64,000 nucleotides of DNA from Octopus sinensis (taxonomy: Eukaryota). This document shows, piece by piece, positions 51,519-64,000 of this stretch (within the stretch, counting starts at the first letter, position 1; every line of letters begins with the position of its first letter). Under the pieces are notes generated by a model, which did not search any database, was not told the origin of the DNA, and worked only from the letters and a program-made list of their open reading frames with translations. The DNA lies in assembly GCF_006345805.1 (NCBI RefSeq), contig NC_043005.1, positions 23,250,001-23,314,000 on the forward strand, in the 5' to 3' direction. Position numbers and translations under genes: made by a program.

Positions 51519-52710
51519 TATTTAACTGTTTTGACCTTTATTGCAGGGATCCCAGGTTAGTACCTTTTGTATAAGGAAGTCTTTCTTCCTGTCAGTAACA
51601 TAAGATCCAAGGTAATCCTTGAGTTGTGTGCCATTGTTGGAACAAAATGGCAAGTGACTTTTATCCATGTCGATGGTTATGTACTCATTCTTCTTTCAAC
51701 AGAGTTAGATTCACTTTGATTGCAGCATTCTCAAGATATGTTAACAAGACATCTGCATCACACACTTGATGAGATATGAGGGCAAGATCATCAGCATATA
51801 TGATAGACCCTGTACAGTTCCGATCTGTCAAATTTACTCACAAGATATCTGACAACCCAGAATCATAGTAGAAGACACTTCCCAGGGTGTGACACAGTGG
51901 GGTTGAACCCAAAATCCTATGGCTACAAAGTAAATGATTTTAGTCACACAGCCACACCTGCACGTATATCAGGTTGGAATGAAAGTTCATATATAATCAA
52001 ATATATCTTAGATATATTTGATCTTCCAGTGTTGTCTATAACATCATTCTGTCTTTTACTGGATTTATTAATGCCTTATTTGCAAAATTCCAGTGGTTCT
52101 GATGAGAAATAAGAAACCAACTCTTTTTCAATCTCTTCTCTTGATGTCAGTCTTAGTCCATCAAAATGGTTTTGTAAACTCCTAAGCAAATGAGGAAAGA
52201 GCAAGATTGGAAGAACAAGGCAGCTGCAGCATTTTTTCTCAGCCAGTTTCTCTAGAAGATGTTTGGTGACTTTGTAGTGTGAAGAAGAGCATTATCAAGG
52301 TAGAAGATTGTTCCCTTCGTGTGCACTAAAGATGCATTTACAGTCCATGTTCCATGCTGGCATGAATTGGATGGTATGACACAATTCAATAGGTCCAAGG
52401 ACTGCATTGGGCTCCAATGTCATCTTTGGCATGTGGTTTCTCTGGCTGGATGCCCTTCCTAATGCCAACCACTTTATGCCATGCACTGGGTGCTTTTATT
52501 CATGCCACTAGCACTACTGATGTTGCTATGCAGCTTGCAGAACCATGAACTCTGGGAAAGGTGGTCGGCTTCATGCTGGGGGTGGGGGTCAAGGGGTTAA
52601 AGTATGAGGTGGGAGCAAGGCAGGTTCTTGTAGAGGATCTTCATGGCAATTTACATTTTGCAGGGGAGGAGGAGAAAAAGAAAAGAAAAATGACCAGTAG
52701 GAACTGCAAT

Positions 52711-52935
52711 GATCTGGCAGAAATGTTAGAATGCAGGGCGAAATGCTTAGCGATATTTCGTCTGCCATTACGTTCTGAGTTCAAATTCTGCTGAGGTCAA
52801 CTTTGCCTTTCATCCTTTCAGGGTCGATAAATTAAGTATCAGTTATGCACTGGAGTCAATGTAATCGACTTAATCCTTTTGTCTGTCCTTGTTTGTCCCC
52901 TCCATGTTTAGCCCCTTGTGGGCAATAAAGAAATA
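52711..52935 (+). mobile_element. SINE family A
   Basis: Shared head, core and tail with 7509-7734. Confidence 0.8.
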
Positions 52936-53204
52936 AGGAACTGCAACGAGATAGATAATGGCCATGAGGTGGTCAGCTGACACTTCAAGATATACAGTGA
53001 GTAGAAAAGGGTGCGTGGGTGGTTTGCAAGATTGTATGGGGAGCAGGAGATGAAGGGATGGGGAAGCAGACTAGAGCACTAGTTCATCAAATGAGATAAG
53101 ACTAAAAAATCTTCATCAAATATTTATAGATTGCAAGACATACAAAATAGTTATCTTAAGTTCAATTTGTAGCATCTATTGGAAAAAAAGAATGATTAGA
53201 ACAT

Positions 53205-53312
53205 CCTTAGTATGTGTGTGTGTGTATTTATAAATGAATGCATATGTGTGTATGTATGTTTGTGTGTATATATGTGTATGTATGTTTGTGTGTATATATG
53301 TGTATGTATATA

Positions 53313-53388
<76 letters not shown>

Positions 53389-53460
53389 TATATATATATA
53401 TATATACACACACACATACATACATACATATGCACACACATACTGATATAAATACATGTG
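53205..53460. repeat. Compound (TG)n/(TA)n/(CA)n microsatellite
   Basis: Direct inspection. Confidence 0.95.
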
Positions 53461-53759
53461 ATGTTTACATTGTTCTCACTCACTATCATCCTTGCCATTA
53501 TTGTTGTTGTTGTTATCATAATCCCAACATTACTATCAACACCAGCATCACTCCTAAATCCGTTTCCTTCCTCCCTTCAGAGTCAAGTCCTGCTACTTTT
53601 ACCATTCTCAGCCGTGTCTGCCTCCATGAGCCTCACAGCATCTTATCAAGCATCAGGTGTTATTCATCCTCCGTTTATTAATCCATCTGCACCTCCACCA
53701 CAATCACCACACACCGTCTTCCTTAATACATTGTACTCGGCCATCCCCTCTTCCCTCTA

Positions 53760-54090
53760 CATCAGCATCCTTACCACTTGCATCATTATCATCAGCAGCA
53801 TCTCCCCCTTGTCCTTATCCCCATTAAAACTCTCATGACCATCAAGATCAACACTGGTATCACTGCATCATCTTCATCACCACCACCACTGCAACCAATT
53901 GTTATCATCATCATCACCATCATCACCACCACTCTTACCATCACCACAACCTTTACCTTCACCATCACTGCCACCATCACCACCATCATCATTACCACTA
54001 TTACCACCATCACCATCACCCTCATCACTAGCACTATCATCACCACCACCACCATCATCACCATCACCACCATCGTCATTGTCATCATGT
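53760..54090. repeat. (CAT/CAC)n trinucleotide low-complexity tract
   Basis: Direct inspection. Confidence 0.9.
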
Positions 54091-55551
54091 GGCTTCTATT
54101 AGGAATTAAAATCTCACACCTTTAACTGAAGTATTTATATTATGTATTTAATATAATATAAAGTTTTAGTCACAACATTATCCTATTTAGTGAGTTTTGG
54201 TGAATTGTTTACTAAGATTGTTGATTGTAGTTTAATTAATTGATTTTAGTAAATATATGTTGTTTAGGTCCGAGTTCAGCCTTTGATCAAACAGCAAAAG
54301 TCATGACCAAATGTCCAGGACAGCATTATCCAATGTATTCTTCCCAGTTTTTTTTTTAAAAGAGAGAGGGAGATTTGGTTGCCATTTTTAGTCAGTCCAA
54401 CAACTGCATTTGTTGTGGTGGTGAAGCTTCTAGATCAGTATTTGATCCAGGGGATCCAGAGACAAAAGTGTTCCACCTGTCTCCATCCCTATCTTTTTAT
54501 GTCTAGAACTACATTGTCTATGTATCTTTAGATCTCAGTGTTATTTGAAAGAGATTTAATTGCTATTTTTAGCAGATCAAGCAACCTCTTGTTAGCTTTC
54601 AGTGAATAGCTGTTTGTAAAATTATGCCAGATCAAGCAAACAACCAAGTGGATGACAGTTTATACCCTGTCATTGGCACTGGGCTGTGTCTGTGAGCAGG
54701 ATGTTCGAAATCTCAAATGGTTAAGTTCACCAAGCTGAAAGCAGGTCTCACCAACAGAAGAAGATTAATTGACTGTTCTAAAAACTACATTAAGTACAAT
54801 AGACAAATTAAACTCCTCTGGTTTCAGTTGTTTTAGACATGTGTACCCTTATTCTAATTGTCAGGTAGAATCAGCATGATACAGTGTGTGACAAAACTGT
54901 GTGTGTGTGTTATGGGGGACCTCTATTGTTCAATGATGAAGATTCAGCTCTTTAATTAACTGAATTACTTGCCCCTGATGTAACACGTAAGTGGCTGAGT
55001 ATTCCAAAAGATACATACACCATTCATATAATCCTCAGATAGAATTAGTATGTAACAGTATATAACAAAGCTGTGTGGTGAGTGTGTATGTGTGGTGCGT
55101 GTGTGTGTGTGTGTGTAGACCTCTACCGTTCGATGGAGCAGATTCAGTTATTCAATTGACTGAATTACTTTCTCCTGAACTAATATGTAAGAGAAGTTGA
55201 GTAGTCCTCATGTCCCAGTGTACCATTGAGTGAGACAAAATTGTGCCTTTGAATTGTATGTACAACACATCTGCCAGGCGTCTGAACAGAGTCCAGCTAC
55301 CCAATTTCACTCATAAGCCTGGGGTTAACCCAAGAAAATTGTGAGACACTTGTTCAAGATGTCACACAATGGGATTGAATCTGAGATCACATAATTTGGC
55401 GACAAACTTCTTAACCATTCAGCCATGATGCATCCACACTAAAACAACAATGTTATCAGGAGGACATTAATAGTGATTTGTTACCTAAGAGTTTTGAGTT
55501 CAACTCTTCTTGTGGATCTGAACAATTATCCTTTTTTGTTTTGTTTTTTAA

Positions 55552-55758
55552 TACTTTTGATACTAACCAACCTGAGACCACTCCAAGTCTTATTTTAAAG
55601 TGATCTAAACTAAAACCTTCCATCAAAATTTCTTATCAGCATATGTTCTAAACAACAGCTTAATAATGATAAAGCTATTTTACTAAATTATTCCTTTATT
55701 TTAAAAATTAACTGACACAAAAGCAGTTTATTTCAATAAAAATTTGGTAACAAAAGGG
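55552..55758. mobile_element. piggyBac-like MITE
   Basis: TTAA flanks at 55548 and 55759; similar to 37455-37665. Confidence 0.6.
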
Positions 55759-57499
55759 TTAATGTTTAATCAGAGAAAGAAAGGCTATGAAAAGTTAGCT
55801 AATGATATTTATCATTCAACAAATTTCATTAGATCTCATTTGTCAATAAGAATCATTGATTTTGTGTATACATATAAATAAATTAAAGACAGAATCCTAG
55901 CCGCCCCATCATCAGTACATTCTGGTAACAAGTCATAATAAATTAATGAAATGAAACAAAACTTTCACCATTGTGTAATCTAGGATTTGTGAGATGATCT
56001 GGAACAGAAGATTAATGATTATTTTCCCTGGATTAATCAAAATTTATGAACCATTTTGTCTTTGTAATTTTATATTTTTATTTCCCCTCTTTTCTTCCCT
56101 TCAAAATCCAAAAGGGCCACTGATAAGTCCTAGTTCTGGTTTGATTGTTGAAGTAGATTAAAATAAATATTTGCTTGTATAAGAAATCAGTTTATTGCAT
56201 CTAACATACACAGATGATTAGCACCTAGGCTGAATAATTTAAAATAATGAGCCACAATGCAATATACTCATTGGATTTGAACCCACAAACTAGAAACTCA
56301 TAGTCCTATGCCTTAACTTCTCAGACATTTCTCATTAACATTTGAAATGATCAGAAGTAAAAAAAGAGAGGGCTTAATGTTTTAATCAAGAAACTCAGAA
56401 AAAACAAAACAAAAATGAACCAGTAAGCAGCAGCCCTATTTATAATGTATGTAATGGAACAAGTTATAAGCTGGAATCAAAAGTCCTTTTCACAGTCACA
56501 AGACAGAGAAATATGTGAAAATATTTACCCACAGTGGCAGCTTAACCTAAAATATGAGTGAAAAACTGTCCATACCCATTGATTTAAAATGGTATAGATA
56601 AGCCAAAAATATATCTCAAAAGTTAGGCCATCTTTTCAGGGCCAGAAATAACTTCAGCTCTGAAAAGCTGCTAATCTTATACAAAGCATAAATGTGACCC
56701 ACATTGAAAAAACTGCTCACATGCCAGGGATGGTGCTGTTAATTCATACAGAAACATTGTAGACTGCATCCATAAAGAGGCCATCTGGCTGATTGGCAAG
56801 TTACTAACACACTACAACCCTGTACACTGTCCTCACTCTGTCACTTCTATCATTACTACAATGCTTTTTGTTTTTTGGAACTAAAAGCTGTGCACTGTCC
56901 CAATACAAGGCACCCAGTTTATCTACTTCTCCTCTTAATATCTGTAATGTGTAGAAAAGGAGTCAATCAGGCAGATACTCAATAATTAGAAACAAGTAGA
57001 GTGTTATAGCTAAAACCAAATGGACAATTGTTACATATATTCTCTGTCCCTTCATGAAGTCTTGGGGTTGATTGGGCTTGTGCTTAATAAATTTTTACAA
57101 CATTAAGTGGATGAGAAATAAATCTCCTGCTAGAGAGGATGACACTCAATTGCAGTTAACTTTACTGTGAAAAGGAAGTGCTACAAGTTGATAAATCACT
57201 TGTCCATATTACAATGTTACTGTTATTTATAATACAGCACCGTACCACCCTACACTACCCACTTACAGTAAGATGGACTCACCTATTGATAGCTAAGTGT
57301 CTCAGTCAAAAGTACAATGCAGTAGAATATGTGTGGTTGTTGTTTTTGTTGTCATTATTGTTGCCATTGTTGTTGACCCATGTCAACACTGATTGAGTAG
57401 ACCATTCCAACCATGACTATCTCTTGTTTTCAGGAATAGTGTAACTGAGGTTAAAGAGCAACAACATCATTAGTTATAAGTTATTGAAATTAATTTATT

Positions 57500-58500
57500 T
57501 TGAGACCATTTATTCATGAAAATAAAGAAAAAGTCACAGGCCAAGTACTTTGATATAAGGAATTTCAGACTAGTTTTGGTTGATAAAAGACTCATCTCGC
57601 CCATAAGTACTACAGAAGAGTCAGACTAATATTTAGGATTGAACCCAACCCACAAGCTATTCCAGTTATAAACAACAATCTCAACATAAACTTAGAAAAG
57701 TCATGGAACAACCAACAGTATTCACTCTAAAGCTTGTACCAATAAAATAATATACCTACTCTATACACGTGACAGATAGGGTCTGATACAAATAGAAAAC
57801 TATTACAAAATAACAATAGTAGGACGAGAGAAATACTTAAAAGCAAACATAGGGAATCTGATTAGTGTAATATGGAAACAAAGAAAATACAAACATGTTT
57901 CTCTAGATATGAGGAAACAGTGAGGTATAAAGTGGAGACTAACTACACAGTAAAAAGATGTGGATAAGGACAAAACAATGGAAAATGTTTTTTTAAAAAT
58001 GAAAAAAACTGAAAATACAAAATAAAAAAAAAAAATTCCAAAATATACTGAAGAAAAAACGAAGAGAAAACATTGCATGGCAATATCTTGCAAGGCTAGA
58101 CAGAAAAGCAGTAAACCAAAGTGAAAACCAATAATGGCTCAAAAGCTTTGGGCTAAAAGCAGAAACAGGAGATCTGACTTTAGCTGTGCATAACCAATAC
58201 ATAGCTACAAACAAGTACAAAAATAAAATAATGCAGACTATGCAACCAGTACAATGAAACAGTTGCCAACATCATTTCCAACAGTTCAGTTCTTGCCAAG
58301 TCCAATTATATTCACAAACATGATCAAGTTGGCAGCTATGTTGACTGAGCAATATGCTGAAACTTTGACATGAAAAAAAAAGATAACAAGCAGTATAAAC
58401 ATGTACCAAACACAGTAAATGATGACTAAGTCTAAATCACTTGAGACATCATACTTGTCCAAACTGATATGGAGATCAAAGAAACCTACCAGTTTTAATA
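57500..58500 (+). mobile_element. Old R4/Dong-type relic (post-RT region and zinc knuckle)
   Basis: LHGNIL..WLKSFGLKAETG..AV.NQ..CRLCNQYNETVANIIS..LAKSNY.HKHDQV parallels ORF 31401-32213. Confidence 0.65.
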
Positions 58501-59559
58501 ATTAGAGCTTGGAATTAAAATGTCTGTACTCTAGACATCTTGATCCCTTCTGAACAAAACATTGATCTCCATCCACCCCACTCCTCAAAAAAGAAAAGAA
58601 GAAGAAGAAAAAAGAGGAAGCTTTTACAGTGTAAGGGTTGTGAAATTGTGATAAGCAGAATGTGGAGCAAAGTAAAAACAATAGCAACAGTAATTAGAAC
58701 CCTGGGTATGATTTTTAAAAAAATCTAAACTAAAACATACATAAAAACCACACCGTGGCTCACACAGTCTAAATGATATCACTGCTAGACATAGCTTATG
58801 TCCAGAACAAGACACTTTGAATTCATGAACTTAGCTTAGCATACAATAATACCACATACCTGGTATAGTATATGAGTATATAGTATACAGTATATAGTGT
58901 ACAGTATATATAGTATGATATAGTATACCATAACTACCACATAAAATAACATAATTCACACAACACATATCCTAGCAATCCTAGAGAAACAATATAATAC
59001 ATAATTTACACAATCAACACCCAATAAAATAACAATAACATAACTGATATGCAATATATAACTTCAAAACCTCACATTCTATACAGTTGTCTCTTATTAA
59101 TATAATACAATTCACAGGGCCCATACACAACCACCACTTGACACTAAAACACATAATATCAATCATACAGCATATATGAAACACAAACACCACCCAACAA
59201 ACTAACACAACTCACATTACATATAATCTATGCAAGAGACAAAACAATAAATAACATCCGAAACAACAAAACAAACATCATAACAAAGCAAAAGACCTGA
59301 AGACAATTCTATATTCACACACCTCAGAAATATGGAGGTGCACCTAGTGGTGCTGTAGTAACTTGCATAAAACTGATGCAAACGTGATAGTAATAATAAT
59401 AATATTGCATATAACATAAAAACAACATGAAGCACAAATATACAAAAAATGTTAGAAAATATCTCTCTATCCTTAATGAAATCAATAACAGAAAAAATTA
59501 TGCAAATGAAAAAAAGTGGAATAAGAGACAAATACTATAGAAATATAACATTACAAAGC

Positions 59560-60115
59560 AAAAAAAAAACCGTATCTGAAATCAAAGAACACCTGACACA
59601 ACAGATTCTTCCTAAATTGCAAAGAATCTGTTAGGATGAAAAACAACAATGATTCTTTGAACAGAACAAACAGTTTGATTCCAACCCAAAATGATTTTAT
59701 TAAGAATTTGGTAAAAAATAAAATATAAATCAATGCAACACCAACAACAAGAGAAACAAAAATCCTAGAACAGAGCATCATGGGAAGTGAAAGGATTACT
59801 ACAGACAAGGTGGTCGAAAACAATGAAGACAACATCTGAATAATCATGAGAGGCCAAAGAATCAAATGAAATAACTCTGATACAATAAAACACTTTTGGT
59901 TAAAATATTTAACAGCAACAGTGAAGTATAATGAGATATTGATGAAGCTGGAGGCAACTCCTGACTGCTTCGCTGAGGAGAAAACTTCTTCAATCCTCAA
60001 AACTAAAGAAACAGAAAATTTTAAAATCAACAGGCTCATAACTTGCTGTCTCACAACCCACAAAACCTTAACTTGTAATAATATATTCTTAAAACCAAAA
60101 AAAGATATCAAATGT
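59560..60115 (+). mobile_element. Old R4/Dong-type relic (pre-RT region)
   Basis: Degenerate F.QN..F..NPK.FY and KTKETENFKINRLITCCLTTHKTLT, paralleling KSEETNEQKNYRPITCLTTMYKTLT. Confidence 0.55.
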
Positions 60116-60134
60116 AGAACTAGAACCCCTAAAT

Positions 60135-60433
60135 CAGTGGTTTCCAGACTTTTTGGGGCTGCCGCTCCCTTGACATCCAGGCCACATTCCCACCGCCCCC
60201 ATCCCAACTAACCATCCTCTTTCTAAAGCAAATTCAAAGCAACTGTATTTCACAAATAAAACTTAACCTAATGAACCCATCATTTGGTTGTTTTTACATG
60301 AATTGCCACCCCATTATTGCCCCAATTTTTACATGAATTGCTACCCCATCATCGCCTACCTTTCTTCAACGCCCCCTTGGAACTTTCTACCACCCCAGGG
60401 AGGCAACACTGCTGCCCACTTTGAAAACCACTG
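60135..60433. mobile_element. hAT (Buster/Charlie-type) MITE
   Basis: TIRs cagtggtttcc / gaaaaccactg; perfect 8-bp TSD ccctaaat. Confidence 0.88.
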
Positions 60434-61121
60434 CCCTAAATGAAAGAATACATAACTTAGGGAAGAAAATGTTTATGAAAATAATCTAAAACTAGAAGCA
60501 AAGAATTATAATTGAGAAATCTTCTTAGGACCAATTAAAGACTTCATCTAAAATAAAGCTTAAAGCTAAAAGAGTAACAATAATAAAAAAGACAAACCAG
60601 GTCATTGTAAACTTAATAAAAACAGATACAAACATCAATATCACCAGGATTAACCAAATAACGGATGTAGAACAGTATACACGCATTACAAAGTGAAAGT
60701 AGATACTCCATCAGATCCGTGACCAGTAATAAAGTCACGGGAAAATGTTACAATTTTGGCAAGGAAAAAAGTCGCAATTAATTTATGGTGGCCGGTAATA
60801 AAGTCACAGGAAAGAAGTCATACAAAAAAGTCACAATTTTGTCTAGGAAAGAAAGTCAGGTAATCAAACTAAAATATTTAAGTCGGTCACAATTTATTAA
60901 AGTATCATAAACAATTAAAGTAATAAAACAGAAAATATTTTAAATCAGTTATTAACTAACAATACATGACTTGTACATATTAACAACACTATTTATATAT
61001 GACTAGCTTAAAAGCCACTCGATTGAGCAGCTTTTTAGCTAGTATATAGCTTTTAAGCAACTGACCCAGATTGCGAAGATCTGCAAACAGATCTCTGACT
61101 AGCTCTGGAGAATTTGTAGCA

Positions 61122-61348
61122 ATTACTTCCTCCAGAGTCATATCTCAATGATGATCATATTTGTCGCAAAAAATCAAAAAAAAAAAAAAAAAAAAAAGGC
61201 ACCGAAAACAATCGCAGTAATGAAAACATAGGAATTCCAAATTTCAGGATTGCACGTCCGGATTCGGCCTGGAATGTTTTTAATTTACTTACGGAGTCAG
61301 CCTGATTCCAAAATGGCATGTTACGTTGGGCTATGCCTTCTAGGAGTA
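61122..61348. repeat. ~220-bp near-identical direct repeat, copy 1
   Basis: Matches 62361-62579 except A-run length and two substitutions. Confidence 0.9.
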
Positions 61349-61399
61349 AAGTTGAAAAGTGTGGCATTGACACATTTATTATATTATATTATTATAGTA

Positions 61400-61597
61400 C
61401 AGTGGTTCCCAAACTATGAGTCGCGACCCACAGATGGGTCGCAAACGGAATCTTAGTGGGTCGCAAAAAGTTATAAAATTACACATTAGCTTTGATTAAC
61501 TGCTGTCTATCAAGATAGTTCAGTAGAGTTAAGTGGGTCGTCATAAACTGGTGTGATAAATAGTGGGTCGCGACTCTAAAAAGTTTGGGAACCACTG
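61400..61597. mobile_element. hAT (Buster/Charlie-type) MITE
   Basis: TIRs cagtggttcccaaact / agtttgggaaccactg (16/16); perfect TSD ttatagta. Confidence 0.92.
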
Positions 61598-61611
61598 TTA
61601 TAGTACATTAA

Positions 61612-61822
61612 GGTGACAAGCTGGCAGAATTGTTAGAATGCCAGGCAGAAAGCTTAGTGATATTTTGTCTACTGTCAGGTTTTAAGTTCGAGTTCTGTCG
61701 AGGTCGACTTTGCCTTTCACCCTTTTAGGTTGATAAAATTAGTACCATTTACGTACTGCAGTCGATGTATCGACTTAAACCTTCCCCCAAAATTTGAGGC
61801 CTTGTTCTTCCAGTAGAAAGGA
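61612..61822 (+). mobile_element. SINE family A
   Basis: Shared core. Confidence 0.75.
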
Positions 61823-61878
61823 TTTATTGAAGTTGAAGTGTGACGCAGTGACATTCACATTTATTATATCAGATATGT

Positions 61879-62244
61879 GTGGAGGCGCAATGGCCCAGTG
61901 GTTAGGGCAGCGGACTCGCGGTCATAGGATCGCAGTTTCGATTCCCAGACCGGGCGTTGTGAGTGTTTATTGAGCGAGGCTCCGGCAGGGGATGGTGGTG
62001 ATCCCTGCCATACTCTTTCACCACAACTTTCTCTCACTCTTACTTCCTGTTTCTGTTGTACCTGTATTTCAAAGGGCCGGCCTTGTCACTCTCTGTGTCA
62101 CGCTGAATATCCCCGAGATACGTTAAGGGTACACGTGTCTGTGGAGTGCTCAGCCACTTACACGTTAATTTCACGAGCAGGCTGTTCCGTTGATTCGGAT
62201 CAACCGGAACCCTCGTCGTCGTAACCGACGGAGTGCTTCCATCC
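61879..62244 (+). mobile_element. tRNA-derived SINE family C, complete with TSD
   Basis: A-box tggcccagtgg, B-box gtttcgattcc; 11-bp TSD atcagatatgt at 61868-61878 and 62245-62255. Confidence 0.88.
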
Positions 62245-62317
62245 ATCAGATATGTTTAATTTTAGGGAAACTTTATTTCAGTTAAAGTGTGTTTTATAAT
62301 AGATATGTGTTTAATAT

Positions 62318-62360
<43 letters not shown>

Positions 62361-62364
<4 letters not shown>

Positions 62365-62577
62365 CTTCCTCCAGAGTCATATCTCAATGATGATCATATT
62401 TGTCGCAAAAAATCAAAAAAAAAAAAAAGTCACCGAAAACAATCGCAGTAATGAAAACATAGGAATTCCAAATTTCAGGATTGCACGTCCGGATTCGGCC
62501 CGGAATGTTTTTAATTTACTTACGGAGTCAGCCTGATTCCAAAATGGCATGTTACGTTGGGCTATGCCTTCTAGGAG

Positions 62578-62579
<2 letters not shown>
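62361..62579. repeat. ~220-bp near-identical direct repeat, copy 2, embedded in (TA)n
   Basis: See 61122-61348; (TA)n on both sides. Confidence 0.9.
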
Positions 62580-62609
<30 letters not shown>

Positions 62610-63450
62610 TTAAAGAAAGTAAAAAATGAACAAAAATGATAGTGTTCAGTATGTTGGCAACAGGAATTTCTCTCAAAGAGACATGGTTAAACAAAGTTGT
62701 ACATCATCTCCCTCTTACTCTCTCTTTTATTATTACTCCCACTGCTACCATCAACACTACTACTTTTAATAAAACATCAACTCTCCCTAAATTTCTTTTC
62801 TTTCTTTCTCTTCCTCTCTTTTTGTCTTCGCCACCACCCTCACCACCTCTATGCCTACTATTACTTTCACCCCCATCCAGAGGAATAGTAGGAGAATCAC
62901 TGAATAGTGAGAGAGGGGGTCTAAGTGTGACATACTGACACACAGAAATTAGTTTTCACATTTATTATATTAGTTGGCATTACCTGTGATTTTTTTTCCG
63001 TGAATTTTTTTTACATGAATTCGTTAGATCTATTCACATAAGAATATCTAAATCCTGGCAAATAACTTAAAAACACACAGAAAATAAAGAAAATATATCT
63101 TAATCCAGAAAGAAATCAAGGCAAGACTTCCGCCTCCACCCAAAAAACACCCTTAAAAAATTTTTTTTTTCGACACAAACTCCCCTTTTCGGCTATGGGG
63201 AATACGAATCTGCAAAAAAATTGGCAAAAATCGACATTTCTAAATTACCCCCCACCCCATTTCCTTCATTTTTAACTTTTTTCATAATTTTTGTTTTTTC
63301 AAAATATGCAGAAAAATACTCAGATTATGATGATTCTGAAAAAAATTTCCAAAAATCTTTGTAAAATTTTTTTAAAGAATTTTTTTTTCTAAATATGCGG
63401 AAAAATATGGACATCATGATTCGGACAAAAATTTCAAAACATTTCTGTAC

Positions 63451-63563
63451 TTACGGTTACGGTTTTAGGGTAAGGGTTAGGGTTAGGGTTTTAGGATTAG
63501 GGTGTTAGGGTTAGAGTTTTAGGGTTAAGGTTAAGGTTAGGGTTAGGGTTTTAGTGTTAGTGT
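63451..63563 (+). repeat. Interstitial telomere-like (TTAGGG)n degenerate array
   Basis: Multiple exact ttaggg units interleaved with variants (ttacgg, ttagag, ttaagg, ttagtg). Confidence 0.85.
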
Positions 63564-64000
63564 TGGGGAAAAAAGTCAAAATTGAAGAAGTTGTGGGGGG
63601 AAATGGGGGAAAATTTTCACAATGCTGATATTTGACAATTTTCCGGAAACTCCGTATCCGAAAACGGGGATTTTTGGCAAGAAAAAATTATAAAAATAAA
63701 CAAATTTGGGAGAAAATGGGGTGGGGCGGGCGGAAGTCTTTCTGAAATCAATAACAACTGACACAAATGCAAAAAAAAAAAGGGAAACAAATTAATATTA
63801 CAATCCCACAGTACATCACTGGCAAATTTGTATGAGAAGTTTTTAAAAAAGCTCGTAAAGTTTAACATTTTGAGAAAAAAATATTTGAAAAAAAGTTATT
63901 GCTTACCGTGTCATACTTGTGTACAACAAAAATTACGAACAATACGTTTTTCAAAACATTAAAACCTTAGTAAGGGTTTTCTGAAGTTTTAAATCATTTA

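Noticed and set aside
53778-54125. Thr/Ile-, Met/Val- and Ser/Pro-rich ORFs
   Set aside because: Stop-free (CAT/CAC)n tract open in several frames; not evidence of coding.
59551-60207. 218-aa hydrophobic minus-strand ORF
   Set aside because: Antisense of an A-rich R4/Dong relic joined to a MITE; composition artefact.
61879-61960. Functional tRNA gene
   Set aside because: Acceptor and T stems do not close properly, and it runs into a SINE body bounded by an 11-bp TSD.
60720-63010. aaagtcac-rich block at 60720-60870 and its inverse near 62980-63010 as ends of one large element
   Set aside because: Similarity is short and degenerate and no TSD was found.

Overview
AT-rich eukaryotic DNA, almost entirely repeats. 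The SINE/LINE/microsatellite mix looks cephalopod (Octopus-like); this is an inference from pattern recognition, not a database result. I found no host protein-coding exon I can support. Nearly all ORF-track entries are microsatellite or low-complexity artefacts, or antisense reads of transposable elements. Recognisable content: a near-complete but frameshifted R4/Dong-type non-LTR retrotransposon sitting in (AAT)n; RTE, CR1-like and Penelope-like relics; two mariner loci; a hAT transposase relic; Merlin-, hAT/Buster- and piggyBac-type non-autonomous elements; many tRNA-derived SINEs and (TA)n/(AAT)n/(CAT)n tracts. The most striking signals are small self-cleaving-ribozyme retroelements. (1) At 33652-34773, a 359/351-bp GC-rich unit carrying a type I hammerhead ribozyme is arranged as tandem copies in two divergent arms between (TA)n tracts, resembling a retrozyme. 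(2) At 15305-16128, a tRNA-headed SINE ends in a Penelope-style minimal hammerhead.
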